From an uncultured Acidobacteriota bacterium (GTDB lineage: Bacteria; Acidobacteriota; Thermoanaerobaculia; Multivoradales; UBA5704): DNA of 64,000 nucleotides. Both the position numbers and the translations under genes were made by a program. How positions within the stretch are numbered: position 1 is the first letter of the stretch; each line of letters opens with the position of its first letter. Location of the stretch: NCBI GenBank assembly GCA_963770895.1, contig CAVYRF010000002.1, positions 5,312,001-5,376,000 of the forward strand. Reading direction: 5' to 3'. The notes below the pieces were generated by a model. The model worked only from the letters and a program-made list of their open reading frames with translations, was not told where the DNA came from and did no database searches. Shown in pieces: positions 28,973-39,426 of this stretch.

Positions 28973-30588
28973 GCGCCGTCCTGCGGGCCCTGGTCCAGGT
29001 CGCCGGGGCCGACCTGCGCGAACGGATGCGGCGCACCAGTTTTCTGGCCGCGGTCGCCGGCGCCGTCTACTTCGGCTACCTGATCGAGGCGGGCTACGTG
29101 TCGCTGACGGTCGAGCGTCAGCGCGGCATCATGAGCTCGGCGTGGGTCGGCATCCTGACGGCGCAGTCGCTGGCCCTGGTGTTGCCGCTGTTCGGCTTCT
29201 ACCTGGTCAAGAACACGCTCGAGCGCGACCGCCGTACCGGTGTCGGCGAGATCCTGGCCGCGTCGCCGCTCGGCAACCTGACCTACGCGGCAGGCAAGGC
29301 GCTGAGCAACCTGGCGGTGCTCGCGGCCCTGGCGCTGGTGCCGGCCGCCGGCGCGTTGCTGCTGCAGCTGACCGCCGGCGAAGAGCGGCACCTGGCGCTG
29401 GGCGCGCTGCTGTCGCCGCTGGTGTCGATCACCCTGCCGCCGCTGGCGCTGGTGGCGGCGGTGGCGGTGCTGTTCGAGACCCTGCCCTGGCTGCGCGGCG
29501 CTTTCGGCAACGTGGCCTTCTTCATCGGCTGGAACGTGCTGCTGGTGGCACCGCTGGAATCCGGCGCGCGCGCCTTCGACGTCATGGGCTTGAGCTTCGT
29601 GCGCGACGGCCTGTATCGCTCGCTGGGCCGGCCGGTCCCGACCACCATGCAGGCCAGCAACATGTCGCTGCAGATCGGGCCGGACCACGAGGCCCTGGTG
29701 GGGAGCTTTCACTGGCGGGGGCTCCTGTGGACCTGGCAGTTCGGCATGCGGATCGCGGCGGTCCTGGGCGTGGCGCTGGCCGTGGTCGCCGCCGCGGCGA
29801 TGCTGTCCGACCGTTTCGATCCTGCTCGCCGCCGGCCGCGCCGCGCCCGCCGCCGCCCCGACGGCGCGCCCGGTGCGGCCGGCGCGGCGGGCGCGGCGGT
29901 GGTGGCGGACGCCGACGGTGCCGCGGTGGCGCTGCCGGGGCGGCCGCGGCGCGCCCTGCTGCGGCTGCCGCACTGGAGCCCCGGCACCTCCTTCGGCGGC
30001 CTGGTCGTCGGCGAGCTGCGCCTGATGGTCGAAGGGCGCAACGCCTGGTGGACGCTGGCCGCGCTGGGCCTGCTGCTGGCCGGCTGGCTGGCGCCGCTGG
30101 AGGCGGTGCGCGACGGGCTGCTGCAGGTCGCGTGGCTGTGGCCGCTCGCCCTGTGGTCCGAGATGGGGGCGCGCGAGGCGCGCAACGGCACCGGCCCGCT
30201 GGTGTTCTGCGGTCCCTGGCCGCCGGCGGTCCACGCCCTGGCGATTTGGTGCGCCGGGGTCCTGGTCACCGCCGTCGCCGCGCTGGGTCCCGGCGTCCGG
30301 CTGGCGGCGGCGGGCGACGCGCGGGGCGCGCTCGCCTGGGCGGCGGCCTGCGCGTTCATCCCCAGCCTGGCCCTGGCGCTCGGCTCGTGGAGCGGCAGCA
30401 CCCGGCTGTTCGAGATCGCCTACCTGTCGCTGTGGTACATCGGCCCGATCAATCACGCCGCCGGGCTCGACTTCATGGGCGTCACCGCGGCGGCGCGCGC
30501 CGCCGGCAGCGGCTGGCTTTGGCTGGGCCTGGCGGCGGTGCTGCTGGCGGCCGGCATCGCCGGCCGCCGCAGGCTGGCGCAGAGCTGA
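28969..30588 (+). CDS. ABC exporter permease
   Basis: ATGA overlap with the ATPase; MSAVLRAL start; many TM segments. Confidence 0.82.
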   Translation: MSAVLRALVQVAGADLRERMRRTSFLAAVAGAVYFGYLIEAGYVSLTVERQRGIMSSAWVGILTAQSLALVLPLFGFYLVKNTLERDRRTGVGEILAASPLGNLTYAAGKALSNLAVLAALALVPAAGALLLQLTAGEERHLALGALLSPLVSITLPPLALVAAVAVLFETLPWLRGAFGNVAFFIGWNVLLVAPLESGARAFDVMGLSFVRDGLYRSLGRPVPTTMQASNMSLQIGPDHEALVGSFHWRGLLWTWQFGMRIAAVLGVALAVVAAAAMLSDRFDPARRRPRRARRRPDGAPGAAGAAGAAVVADADGAAVALPGRPRRALLRLPHWSPGTSFGGLVVGELRLMVEGRNAWWTLAALGLLLAGWLAPLEAVRDGLLQVAWLWPLALWSEMGAREARNGTGPLVFCGPWPPAVHALAIWCAGVLVTAVAALGPGVRLAAAGDARGALAWAAACAFIPSLALALGSWSGSTRLFEIAYLSLWYIGPINHAAGLDFMGVTAAARAAGSGWLWLGLAAVLLAAGIAGRRRLAQS

Positions 30589-30655
30589 CCCTGCGTTGAC
30601 GCCGGCGGCCGGGCGAGACATGATGTCACTGGCTCTGGTGGGGAGAAGGGGAGCG

Positions 30656-32821
30656 ATGCGAACAAGCGCCAAGCTGCTTTGCCTCGGCCTGCTGCTGGCG
30701 GCATCCACCTCTCCGGCCTGGCCGCGCGCCGCGGGCTGGATTGCCGCCGCGGCGCCGGACGCAGCGGGGCCGACGCTCGCGATCGACCCGTCGAGCGGCC
30801 GCATCTACACCGCCACCGATGGCGAGCTGCGCCAATCGGCCGACGGCGGCGGCACCTGGCTCGCCAACCCAGCCGCCTTTCCCGCCGAGACCGCGATCGA
30901 AGCGCTGGCGCTCGACCCGTCGCAGCCGGCAACGATGTATGCCGGCAGCGACGACGGCATCTTCAAGACAACCGACGGCGGCGTCCACTGGAGCGCCGCC
31001 AACGCCGGCCTCCCGCCCGATCCCAAGATCGCCGCCCTGCTCGTCGATCCGGCGCGGCCCTCCACCGTGTATGCCGCGAGCGCCTACGGCGTCTTCAAGA
31101 CGACCGACGGCGGCGTCCACTGGAGCGCCGCGAGCGCCGGGCTTCGCGACACGACCTACGCTTACAGCCTCGCCCTTGCGCCCACCAATCCGGCCACCCT
31201 CTACGCCGGCGCCTACGATGGCCTCTACCGCAGCACCGACGGTGGCACCTCGTGGAGGGCCGTCGAATCGGGGCTCAGCGGCGAATCCGAGTTTCTGCAG
31301 TTCGATGGCCTGGCGATCGATCCTTTACACCCCGCGACGGTCTATGCCGGCAGCCGCTGCGCGATCTTCAAGTCCACCACCGCCGGCGCCACCTGGAGCC
31401 ACCTCTCAGGCGGCCTCCCGCCCTGCGCCGAGATGAACGACTTGGTCGTCGATCCGGCGCATCCAGCCGTCGTCTATGCGGGCTCCGACAGCGGCATCTT
31501 CAAGACGACCGACGGTGGCGCCACCTGGCACGCGCTCACCGCCCTCCGCACGCGCAGCCTGGCCCTCGATCCCGCGCACCCGGGCACGATCTACGCCAGC
31601 GCCGAGCGCGGCGTCTTCAAGAGTGTCGATGGCGGCATGAGCTGGAGCAACGCCGGCGGGCAGGTAACCGGCATCTTCACCCTGGCGATCGACTCCGCTC
31701 ATGGCAACCTTTATGCGAGCGCCTTGGATCACCTTTTCAAGAGCACGGACGGCGGCGCCAGCTGGCGCGACGCCATCGACGACGGCCGCGGCGGCCGCCC
31801 GCGAAGCCCCCACGTCGGCGCGATTGCGATCGACCCGGCGCGCCCCGGCACCCTCTACGCCGGCGCCCGCGAGGGCCTGTTCAAGAGCACGGACGGCGGC
31901 GCCACCTGGGCGATGCTCGAAAACGGCCCGCTCGACGAGTTCTCTCCGGTCCTGGCGCTGGCGCTCGATCCCTCGCACCCGACGACCTTGTACGCCAGCA
32001 TTCCACCTGCCGGCGTCGGCAAAAGCGTCGACGGTGGCGCCACCTGGCGGTCGATCAATACGGGGCTCCTCAAGTCGGGCCCGCCCACGGACGACAGCTT
32101 CGGCGTGCTCGCCGTCGATCCCGTGCACACCGCCACGGTCTACGCTGCCGGTTGCCAGCGGCTGGTTTTCAAGACCGAGAACGGCGGCGACACCTGGCGC
32201 TCCATCGATGCCGGCCTGCCTGACGCCAGCTTCTGCGTCACCGCTCTGGTGGTCGATTCCCGGCATCCCGCGACCCTCTATGCCGCGCTCAATGGAGTCG
32301 CAGGCCCGCTGGGCGTCTTCAAGACGACCGACGGCGGCGCCAGCTGGCACGCCGCCAATTCCGGGCTGCCGCGCGCGCACCCGGACGAGCGCCCGCTCAA
32401 GACCTTTACGCTGGTCGGCGTACACGGCGACACCAGCCACTATCAAGATTTCGATCCCACCAAGGCCTGGCACTTCGGCGAGCTCGGCCCCTTCACCAGT
32501 TCCCTGTCGGACCTGGTGATGGACCCCAGCAACTCCGCGGTGCTCTATGCCGGCACCTTCCCGCAGGGCGTTTTCAAGACGACCGATGGCGGCGTCACCT
32601 GGACGGCGGCCAATTCCGGCCTGGCATCGACCGAGATCACCGCGCTCGCCATCGACGCCACGCACGGCACTACGCTCTACGCCGCCACCCCCGCCGGTGC
32701 CTTCAAGACCTCCGACGGTGGCGCCCACTGGACCGCCGCCTCGTGCGGCCTCACCGACTCGTACGGGCCCGCCCCGCCAGCGTGCGCCGCCGCCGTAGCG
32801 GTGGCAGCCGGCAAGCCATAG
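30656..32821 (+). CDS. Secreted BNR/Asp-box repeat beta-propeller protein
   Basis: Many (F/Y)K(S/T)TDGGxxW repeats each preceded by LA.DP..P.T.YA. Confidence 0.88.
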   Translation: MRTSAKLLCLGLLLAASTSPAWPRAAGWIAAAAPDAAGPTLAIDPSSGRIYTATDGELRQSADGGGTWLANPAAFPAETAIEALALDPSQPATMYAGSDDGIFKTTDGGVHWSAANAGLPPDPKIAALLVDPARPSTVYAASAYGVFKTTDGGVHWSAASAGLRDTTYAYSLALAPTNPATLYAGAYDGLYRSTDGGTSWRAVESGLSGESEFLQFDGLAIDPLHPATVYAGSRCAIFKSTTAGATWSHLSGGLPPCAEMNDLVVDPAHPAVVYAGSDSGIFKTTDGGATWHALTALRTRSLALDPAHPGTIYASAERGVFKSVDGGMSWSNAGGQVTGIFTLAIDSAHGNLYASALDHLFKSTDGGASWRDAIDDGRGGRPRSPHVGAIAIDPARPGTLYAGAREGLFKSTDGGATWAMLENGPLDEFSPVLALALDPSHPTTLYASIPPAGVGKSVDGGATWRSINTGLLKSGPPTDDSFGVLAVDPVHTATVYAAGCQRLVFKTENGGDTWRSIDAGLPDASFCVTALVVDSRHPATLYAALNGVAGPLGVFKTTDGGASWHAANSGLPRAHPDERPLKTFTLVGVHGDTSHYQDFDPTKAWHFGELGPFTSSLSDLVMDPSNSAVLYAGTFPQGVFKTTDGGVTWTAANSGLASTEITALAIDATHGTTLYAATPAGAFKTSDGGAHWTAASCGLTDSYGPAPPACAAAVAVAAGKP

Positions 32822-33206
32822 AACCTCCGCACCGCACCCCCCTCAAGCGCGGTACTCGGATGATCTCCGAGCACCGGTCCCCCCACCGGCTGTCGCGCCC
32901 TGGGTCCAGCGTGTGGGCGCAGCGGGCACGAGAGGCGAGGGAGCAAGCCGGCTCGGTGTCTGTTCGCGGGGCTGGCTGTTGCGCGAGCGCGCACACCAGC
33001 TCATCCCGCCAAGTCCCAAGTCCAACGGGATGTCGTCAAGTACGACCCTTCCAAAAACGACTGGCAAGATCTCTGGGCTAGAACCGCGGATATGCAGGAT
33101 CATCGCTTGATCCAGCTCGTTCTTGACCCAATTCGCACCGACGGCCGGTGGACCTCGGCGATTTCCTCCCGGACATCGCCTGGCGATCACCGGCCGGTTC
33201 GCGCCA

Positions 33207-33641
33207 TCACCCGCGAGCGGTTGGGCCTTCGCCGCGCTGGTTGGTATGCGGGCGGGACTGGCCTCGTCGCAGGTTCCATAATCCGAGTACCGAGAGAATG
33301 AAGGAGAAGGTTCCGGTAAGGCCGAGCATGAGGAGGGTCCAGACGAAGAAGAACGGTGGGCCCGACTTGGCGATCCCGCCGGCGACAACCCCTCCCGCGG
33401 CCCTCACATGGACGAACTCGACAGTCACCGCAAGAAGAGCCCCGAGTGCGCTGATCAGATACCCTGATCGCCGTTCGACCAGCAACAGCGTTCCGCATAG
33501 CCAGACGACCAGGATGATCGTCGCAGCCAGCAGTCCTCCTGGGCTCATGCCGCCGTGGTAGAGGATGTCGTCCGTCAGGTGAAAAGTCGTGAGGAGGATC
33601 GAGAGCATCGACGCGATGGTTAGCATGACGTGGCGCTTCAT
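33207..33641 (-). CDS. Small hypothetical membrane protein
   Basis: AGGAG RBS; about four hydrophobic segments; TFHLTDDI motif. Confidence 0.7.
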   Translation of the reverse strand: MKRHVMLTIASMLSILLTTFHLTDDILYHGGMSPGGLLAATIILVVWLCGTLLLVERRSGYLISALGALLAVTVEFVHVRAAGGVVAGGIAKSGPPFFFVWTLLMLGLTGTFSFILSVLGLWNLRRGQSRPHTNQRGEGPTARG

Positions 33642-33645
33642 CCGC

Positions 33646-33771
33646 TCATCTCCTAGTGGTCTCCGGGGTCTGGCCTTCCTGAAAGGCATACACGATGGAA
33701 TCGAGGGAGACCCGCGTGCCGGCTACGCGGTAAGCGCCCTCCTGCTGCGACACATACTCTTCGCTCTTCAT
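33646..33771 (-). pseudogene. Truncated DUF433 antitoxin
   Basis: MKSEEYV...YRVAGTRVSLDSIVYAFQEGQTPET, then a premature stop; the C-terminal helices are missing. Confidence 0.7.
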
Positions 33772-34025
33772 CGTCCCGAAAAATCTTACCACCGAGCCCG
33801 GGCATCCCCGAGAGTCCACCGCCGCCTCCACCTCGGCCGATCGGCCTACCATTGGGGGGCCGATGGGCCAAGGGCGGCGAAGCCGACAGCGGAGCGGTTG
33901 CAATCAATTTCTTGCTGAGCAATCGAAGAAGTAGCCGCGGCGGGACCCCTCCGAAGTTACACCGCGGGCTGATAGACTCGCTTTCAGGTATCGATCGTTC
34001 GGCACCGTCCACCGGAGGGGCGACC

Positions 34026-34406
34026 TTGGCCCGAAACGTCGTCTTCACACCGAACGCGGCAAAGCCGCCTGCGACCTACAGTCAGGCTGTGAAGGCAGCC
34101 GGCCTCGTCTTCGTCTCGGGCACGGCACCGGCCGACCCTGCGACAGGCCAGTTGGTGGGGACGACCATTCAAGAGCAGACGCGGCAGTGCCTGCAGAACA
34201 TTTCGGCCATTCTCACGGCTGCCGGGAGCTCGCTGGAGCGGATCGTGAGCGCGACGATCGTGCTCGCCGACGAGGAGGACTTCGCGGGCCTGAACGAAGA
34301 GTGGGTGCGCTGGTTCCCGAGCGATCCACCGGCGCGCCAGGGAGCCAAGCTCCCCGCGAAAGTTCCAGGACTAAAAGTCTCCATCGCGGTCATCGCCGAG
34401 GCCTGA
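34026..34406 (+). CDS. RidA/YjgF/UK114 family protein
   Basis: YSQAVKAAGLVFVSG, EQTRQCLQNI, PPAR; TTG start after GGAGG. Confidence 0.88.
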   Translation: MARNVVFTPNAAKPPATYSQAVKAAGLVFVSGTAPADPATGQLVGTTIQEQTRQCLQNISAILTAAGSSLERIVSATIVLADEEDFAGLNEEWVRWFPSDPPARQGAKLPAKVPGLKVSIAVIAEA

Positions 34407-34575
34407 CGGGCCGCCATCCCTCCCGGGCACCCGCCGCGCGACACACGCGGGCCACATGGGCAGCGGTGCGATACCATGGGGTCTGACCGAGGAACCTGAA
34501 CCGGCCGTGGAACCATCAGGGGACGAAGAGCTTACTGCCGGCTCGTCGTGGGTGCGGCTGACTGTGGACGCCACC

Positions 34576-34860
34576 ATGCCGGAGGGGAGAGCGGACGACA
34601 CGATGTGGCGGGCGCTCGAGCTGGAGCTCAACCTCGACAATGGCTTGGCCTGGTATCTCGCGACCCGGCAAGAGCGCGGCGGCGAGGTGGGCCGCATGGA
34701 GGCTCTGCGGCGGGTCGCAGCTCTTCCCGGCAGCTGGCGCGCTCAGTTGTGGCTGGGGCGTGCGGCCCTCGAGGCGGGTGATCTCGAAGGTGCGGTCACT
34801 CTCTATCGCCAGATCCTGGCGCGCATGGGCGAGGCGGTTCCGTCACATGTCTGTGCCTGA
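34576..34860 (+). pseudogene. Fragment of a TPR-like protein
   Basis: SWRAQLWLGRAALEAGDLEGAVTLYRQIL helix pair; abrupt ends. Confidence 0.5.
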
Positions 34861-35810
34861 CATGCCCTCACAACGTCGTCGCTCGCATCGTGTTCGCACA
34901 GACCCTGCTCTATCTGAAGCGCACGCGGCCGGAATCGCTGGCGGAGTTCGAGGCAAGGATCCAGCTATTGCAGCAGCGCCACCCTCTGCCGCAGCCGGCC
35001 CACGGCATCGTGCAGCGGATCTTCGATAAAGCGCTGGAGGATGTGACGGCCGGCGATGCACCTGTCACGGCGACGGGGGTACCTCAGGCGCCGTAAGCAA
35101 GTCTTGGCGCGCAGATTGCCGAGAGTGACTCTTTTGACGTCTCATCGTGTGGGCAGCATTATCCTCACATTGTGAAAGTGCCCCCGGACCGACGGTCAGC
35201 GCCTCCTGAACCGACGGCGTGAGCTCGGCCGCTCTCAACTGCCGGGAGCCCTCTGGCGCGATGAAGCGGTCGGTTGGCCGCGGAGAGCCAGAGTCGCCGC
35301 CGGGCGCCCTCGCTACCCTGCGGACGAGAGCGCCCGGTACCGGCGCCCGCCACCCACCTCGGGAGCAAGCTCCCTGCGCAGAGCCCCCCGCGTCCAGGCC
35401 ACCGCACGCAGGAGAAACACCTGGACGCGGGGGGCTCTGCGCAACGCTTGCGCCCTCGGATCTCGGTCTGGCCTCGCCAAGCGCGACCGGCGACGGCACG
35501 CGATCTTCGTGACCTCCAACACAAAGGATTTCGTGCGCGTGCCTGGCTTGAAGTGGTACGAGAGATCGATGACTGCGAAGTAGTAGGCCTGAGGTTCCAA
35601 TGGTGCCAGACACTCGGCATGCAGATCGATCGGGAAGCGTGGGCGAACTCTCGACCTCTTTCTCGCGCATGCGAGGCGCACCGGCAACATCAAGATTCTC
35701 GGCACTTCCCCGCACCATGAAGCCGAATCGCAGGCTGGTGATCCTGGATCTCTTTGCGATACGCCTGCTTTTTTGCTTATTAAGAAACCGGCCCAGATCA
35801 GCTCCGCGCA

Positions 35811-36192
35811 CTATTCGGCTCTCGTACCGGCCTCGCCGCGAATCGGCCGAAATCGGGCTCGGGCTGGCGTCCAGACTACGACCGCTCCAAGTAGACGCTC
35901 ACCCGAGGTTTCAACGAGAGCGACAATGGACGCCGGAAGTTCGCCACGAGACTGCTCCGGGCAGCGGATGAGGAGAACACCTTCCTCCCCGCCCAGGTCG
36001 GAGGCCACGGCCAGCTGTCCAAAAATCCTTGTCCTCAGTAAGCAGGACTCGGTGCTCGCGGCGGGAGCGAGCGAAGACTTCCCGGTCTAGCGCACCGCGA
36101 CTATCCTCAATGACCGCAACCACGTCGTGCCCTGCATCCCTGAGCGCCATGACCACGCCGTAGTCGCAGCTCTCGTCGGCAAGAAGGCGCAC
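35811..36192 (-). pseudogene. DUF5615 PIN-like toxin, +1 frameshift
   Basis: MRLLADE...LLTEDKDF then GQLAVASD...GVLLIR in another frame; extra base in the A5 run at 36021-36025. Confidence 0.8.
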
Positions 36193-36212
36193 AGGGCCGC
36201 CACGATCGCCCG

Positions 36213-36452
36213 TCAGGCCCGATGGGCAACGGTCTCGACGATCTCGTCGTTCGCTATGGTGTCGGCAGCGAAGGCGACAGCGGCACGGACATCATCCCGC
36301 GTGAGGTGCGGATAGGAGGTCAAGAGGGCTTCCTCAGTGGCTCCTTCGCTGATTCGGCGCAGGATCAGCTCCACGGGGACCCTAGTGCCACGAATGACGG
36401 GTTTTCCCAGCATCACATCGGGATTTGCTTCTATTCGCGCTGCTAGCTTCAT
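36213..36452 (-). CDS. DUF433 antitoxin
   Basis: NPDVMLGKPVIRGTRVPVELIL...YPHLTRDDVRAAVAFAA. Confidence 0.92.
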   Translation of the reverse strand: MKLAARIEANPDVMLGKPVIRGTRVPVELILRRISEGATEEALLTSYPHLTRDDVRAAVAFAADTIANDEIVETVAHRA

Positions 36453-37266
36453 CGCTGAAACCCCTCCAGCCTGACCGATTCTATCCCAGGCAGCGGTAGG
36501 ACGGTCTTCAGGTTTTCCAGCTGCTCCCGCAGGAGGAGGATCGAGGTCCAGTGGTCGCTTCGCGGGGAACTTCCCTGGGTACGGGGCGCTATGTAGCCCG
36601 GACAGGGATGGGCGTCCTCAGAATGAGACGGCAAAAGGGCAACACACCCCTGGGGGTGCGATGGACAGATGGCCCTATGCACGATTTCGCAAATCGCTAT
36701 GTTGCTGTTGACGCGACGCATTCTCTTCGACTTAGATACCTTGTAGCTGAAGAGACAATGGCGCGGTGGGTTGGAATTTAGGGGGAGGTCGATTGGCGAT
36801 GAACGCCGCGGAACGAAGGAAGCGTCATTGACAGCTAATCCCACAACAAGAAGGTACGGGTTGCTGCAATGCATGTCTCGAACTATAGTGGGTGGTTCTT
36901 TTGGATGAGGCATATAACTGACTACAATTATCGGCATCATCAGGATGTGGATGATGAGCAGAGTGGACAGGTTAAGGTAACTTGACGATAACGAAACATC
37001 ATTCCCGGGAAATCCTGCGCAAACTCGATTATCCGCAAAGTACGCTTGATTGTCTGAGGTGGGGACTCTCGTGGGCAACGGCGACAGGCAGAGCATGGAG
37101 ATCCGGTGCGCGCAGGGCTTTGACACAAATCGAGGAAGAGAGAGCACGATCGAGATGAACCCATAGCCCTTTGTCATGGTGGAACCCGGCGCACATCCGC
37201 TGAACCCGACGGTGCGAATCTCCATTGTTATAGTCTCTAGCCACGTCCTCCGCGGAGAGTGCTTTT

Positions 37267-39423
37267 ATGCGATGTAGAGAGACTGCCGTTGTCATCTCGT
37301 TATTCGTGGCCGCCATTGGCGTACCGCTTTCTGCGACGCAAAAGCCAACACCGATACTCGGCATCGTCGAACTCGGCACGGGCACCGAAATCAAATGGGC
37401 CGACGTCAAAAAGCCGAACGTGACGATCCCACTCACGATCGAGAACCTGACGAAAGGGCCGATCGAGAACATTGACGTCATGCTCACCCCGTTCAGCGGT
37501 TCCGGTCGCGCCGCCGACGCGACGATCGATGGGAAGGAGCCGCCCGCTACAATCAAGCTTCTGAGACCAAGCATCCCTGTGACCATCACGATCGCGGCGC
37601 AGCTCCCCGCGCCGGTGACCTACCGAGCGTATCTCCGCCTTCGCCAGGGCGGGGCCGCGCATTTGTTAGCAACGATCGAGATCGCCCGTACGCGATCCCC
37701 GCCGCCTATAGAGATCGGCACCGTGCAGGCGCGCATCGTTGAATTTGGGTTCCGTCTCTGTCCACAATCGGCCATCTTCGATACGACCATCACCGATCAG
37801 GGCGACTCGGTGAAGCTTAATTACGTCCGGCACTCAATTGAATACAGGGAGAAGGCTGACGGGAAGGAACCGATAGCTCCGCCGGGGCACGTCGACGTCA
37901 TCATCGAGCCCAGCAGCCTGCTTGCCGGCGCGACACCGCTTCCGGTAAAGATGACGGTCGCCGGCATATCGAGACCGGGCCGCTACGACGCTACGGTCGG
38001 CTTCGGCGGACCCTCTTACTCGGCGACAGATATGACGGCGGTGGTCTACGCACGCCAATCGTGGTACGTCGCCATAAGCTATATCCTCCTGGGCACTCTC
38101 GTCTCCCTCTTCCTTCGCTACTACGGCATAGTCGGACGCCCGTCGCTGCTCAAAAAGCAGCGCATGAACACTCTCTTCCGCGAGCTCGCTGAGCACGCAA
38201 CCGCGGCCGCCGATGACCCACCGGCACTGGCCGTCGTGCAGAACGTCCGGCGCCAGCTCACGGATTTCTGGAACGAGCTGTCGATCACCGGTAAGTTGAA
38301 AGAAACCGTGACGCTCGACGTATACGACGCGAAGATCGCGGCGATGCCGCAATGGCTGCAACTTCGCAGGCAAATTAAACGCCTCCAACCTGAGACGCTT
38401 CGCGAGCCTTTCGAGGTGAAGATCTCGGGAGTCGAGTCTGTTCTGCGCGACCGCACGGCGGAGACCGCTGCAGTGACTGCGCAGATCAAGATTCTGGACG
38501 CCATGCCAGCGGAGATCGACGCGGCTTTGAAGACGGAGCTCGAAACGCAACTCACCGCGTTGATGCAAAGCGTCGCTGGCGACACCCGCTTCGAAGACCT
38601 GGTTCCGCTGCTCGGAAAAGTGCGGACGGAGCTTGGTGCCGGCCGCCTCGAAGGCGCGGCGGTCGAGCTCGATCTCCTGCAACGGCGCTATGTCCGCCGG
38701 CTTGCGGATGATCTCGCTGCCCGCCTTACGCCCACGTCGCCAGTCGGCGTCAAAAAGCCGGAGTGGGACGCCACTGTGGCGACGATCATGGCTGACGTCG
38801 CCCGCGCGCGCAATGCCGCCACAGCCGCTGAGGCGCTCGAAGCGTTCCGCTCGGGGTTGACACGCTTCCTCCACGTCGTCGCGACCGGTCTGAACCAGGA
38901 TATCGCGGAAAAAATCAAAAAAGGCTCGCGCTTCGGAAAGGAATACGCCTCTGTGAACCCGCGGTTAGACGCCGTCTTAGCGGCGCTCGATCAGGGTGAT
39001 CTCGTCGTCGCGTGGCGCAGACTCGACGAAGCGCAGACCGACTACGCCAAGGTAGTGAGAGAAGCGACCGCTGGTGTTCTGGGCGACGGGGAACAGCTGG
39101 CGATGAACGCCCTCGCCGCGGCGACAAATGGGTCAGGCGCCTCTGCCGGCTTCGACATCGTCGATATCTTCGTCGGTAGATCGTCGGCCGATGAGGTTTC
39201 ACGTCCAGAGTCGATGAAGTCGATCAGGACCATGCGCCTTGCAGGCGACATCGCTGCGTCGCTGTTTGTCATCCTTGCCGCGAACCTCATCGGGCTGCAG
39301 ACGCTCTGGATCGGCAACCTAACCTGGGGCGGATGGCCGGCAGTCATCGCGGCATTCCTCTGGGGTGTCGCCTTCGACCAATTCAGCCACGCCGGCCTCT
39401 CAGCCCTGATTCGGAAGGGGTAA
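37267..39423 (+). CDS. Large membrane-anchored hypothetical protein (signal, beta-rich ectodomain, TM, long helical region, C-terminal TMs)
   Basis: 718-aa ORF with good codon pattern; TM WYVAISYILLGTLVSLFLRYY; C-terminal WGGWPAVIAAFLWG. Confidence 0.8.
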   Translation: MRCRETAVVISLFVAAIGVPLSATQKPTPILGIVELGTGTEIKWADVKKPNVTIPLTIENLTKGPIENIDVMLTPFSGSGRAADATIDGKEPPATIKLLRPSIPVTITIAAQLPAPVTYRAYLRLRQGGAAHLLATIEIARTRSPPPIEIGTVQARIVEFGFRLCPQSAIFDTTITDQGDSVKLNYVRHSIEYREKADGKEPIAPPGHVDVIIEPSSLLAGATPLPVKMTVAGISRPGRYDATVGFGGPSYSATDMTAVVYARQSWYVAISYILLGTLVSLFLRYYGIVGRPSLLKKQRMNTLFRELAEHATAAADDPPALAVVQNVRRQLTDFWNELSITGKLKETVTLDVYDAKIAAMPQWLQLRRQIKRLQPETLREPFEVKISGVESVLRDRTAETAAVTAQIKILDAMPAEIDAALKTELETQLTALMQSVAGDTRFEDLVPLLGKVRTELGAGRLEGAAVELDLLQRRYVRRLADDLAARLTPTSPVGVKKPEWDATVATIMADVARARNAATAAEALEAFRSGLTRFLHVVATGLNQDIAEKIKKGSRFGKEYASVNPRLDAVLAALDQGDLVVAWRRLDEAQTDYAKVVREATAGVLGDGEQLAMNALAAATNGSGASAGFDIVDIFVGRSSADEVSRPESMKSIRTMRLAGDIAASLFVILAANLIGLQTLWIGNLTWGGWPAVIAAFLWGVAFDQFSHAGLSALIRKG

Positions 39424-39426
39424 ACC

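Noticed and set aside
30780-32740. Regularly spaced DNA repeats (ttcaagacgaccgacggcggc) resembling an array
   Set aside because: They are in-frame Asp-box/BNR protein repeats with synonymous variation, not CRISPR; no cas genes are present.
132-32800. Many long Arg/Gly/Pro-rich ORFs in the track (e.g. 262-1983+, 8906-10720-, 19514-22135-) and long N-terminal extensions of real genes
   Set aside because: These are antisense or off-frame shadows expected at very high GC, with no motifs. Starts were trimmed to RBS-supported or coupled ATGs.
35100-35810. Overlapping ORFs on both strands
   Set aside because: The coding strand could not be decided; no family motif.
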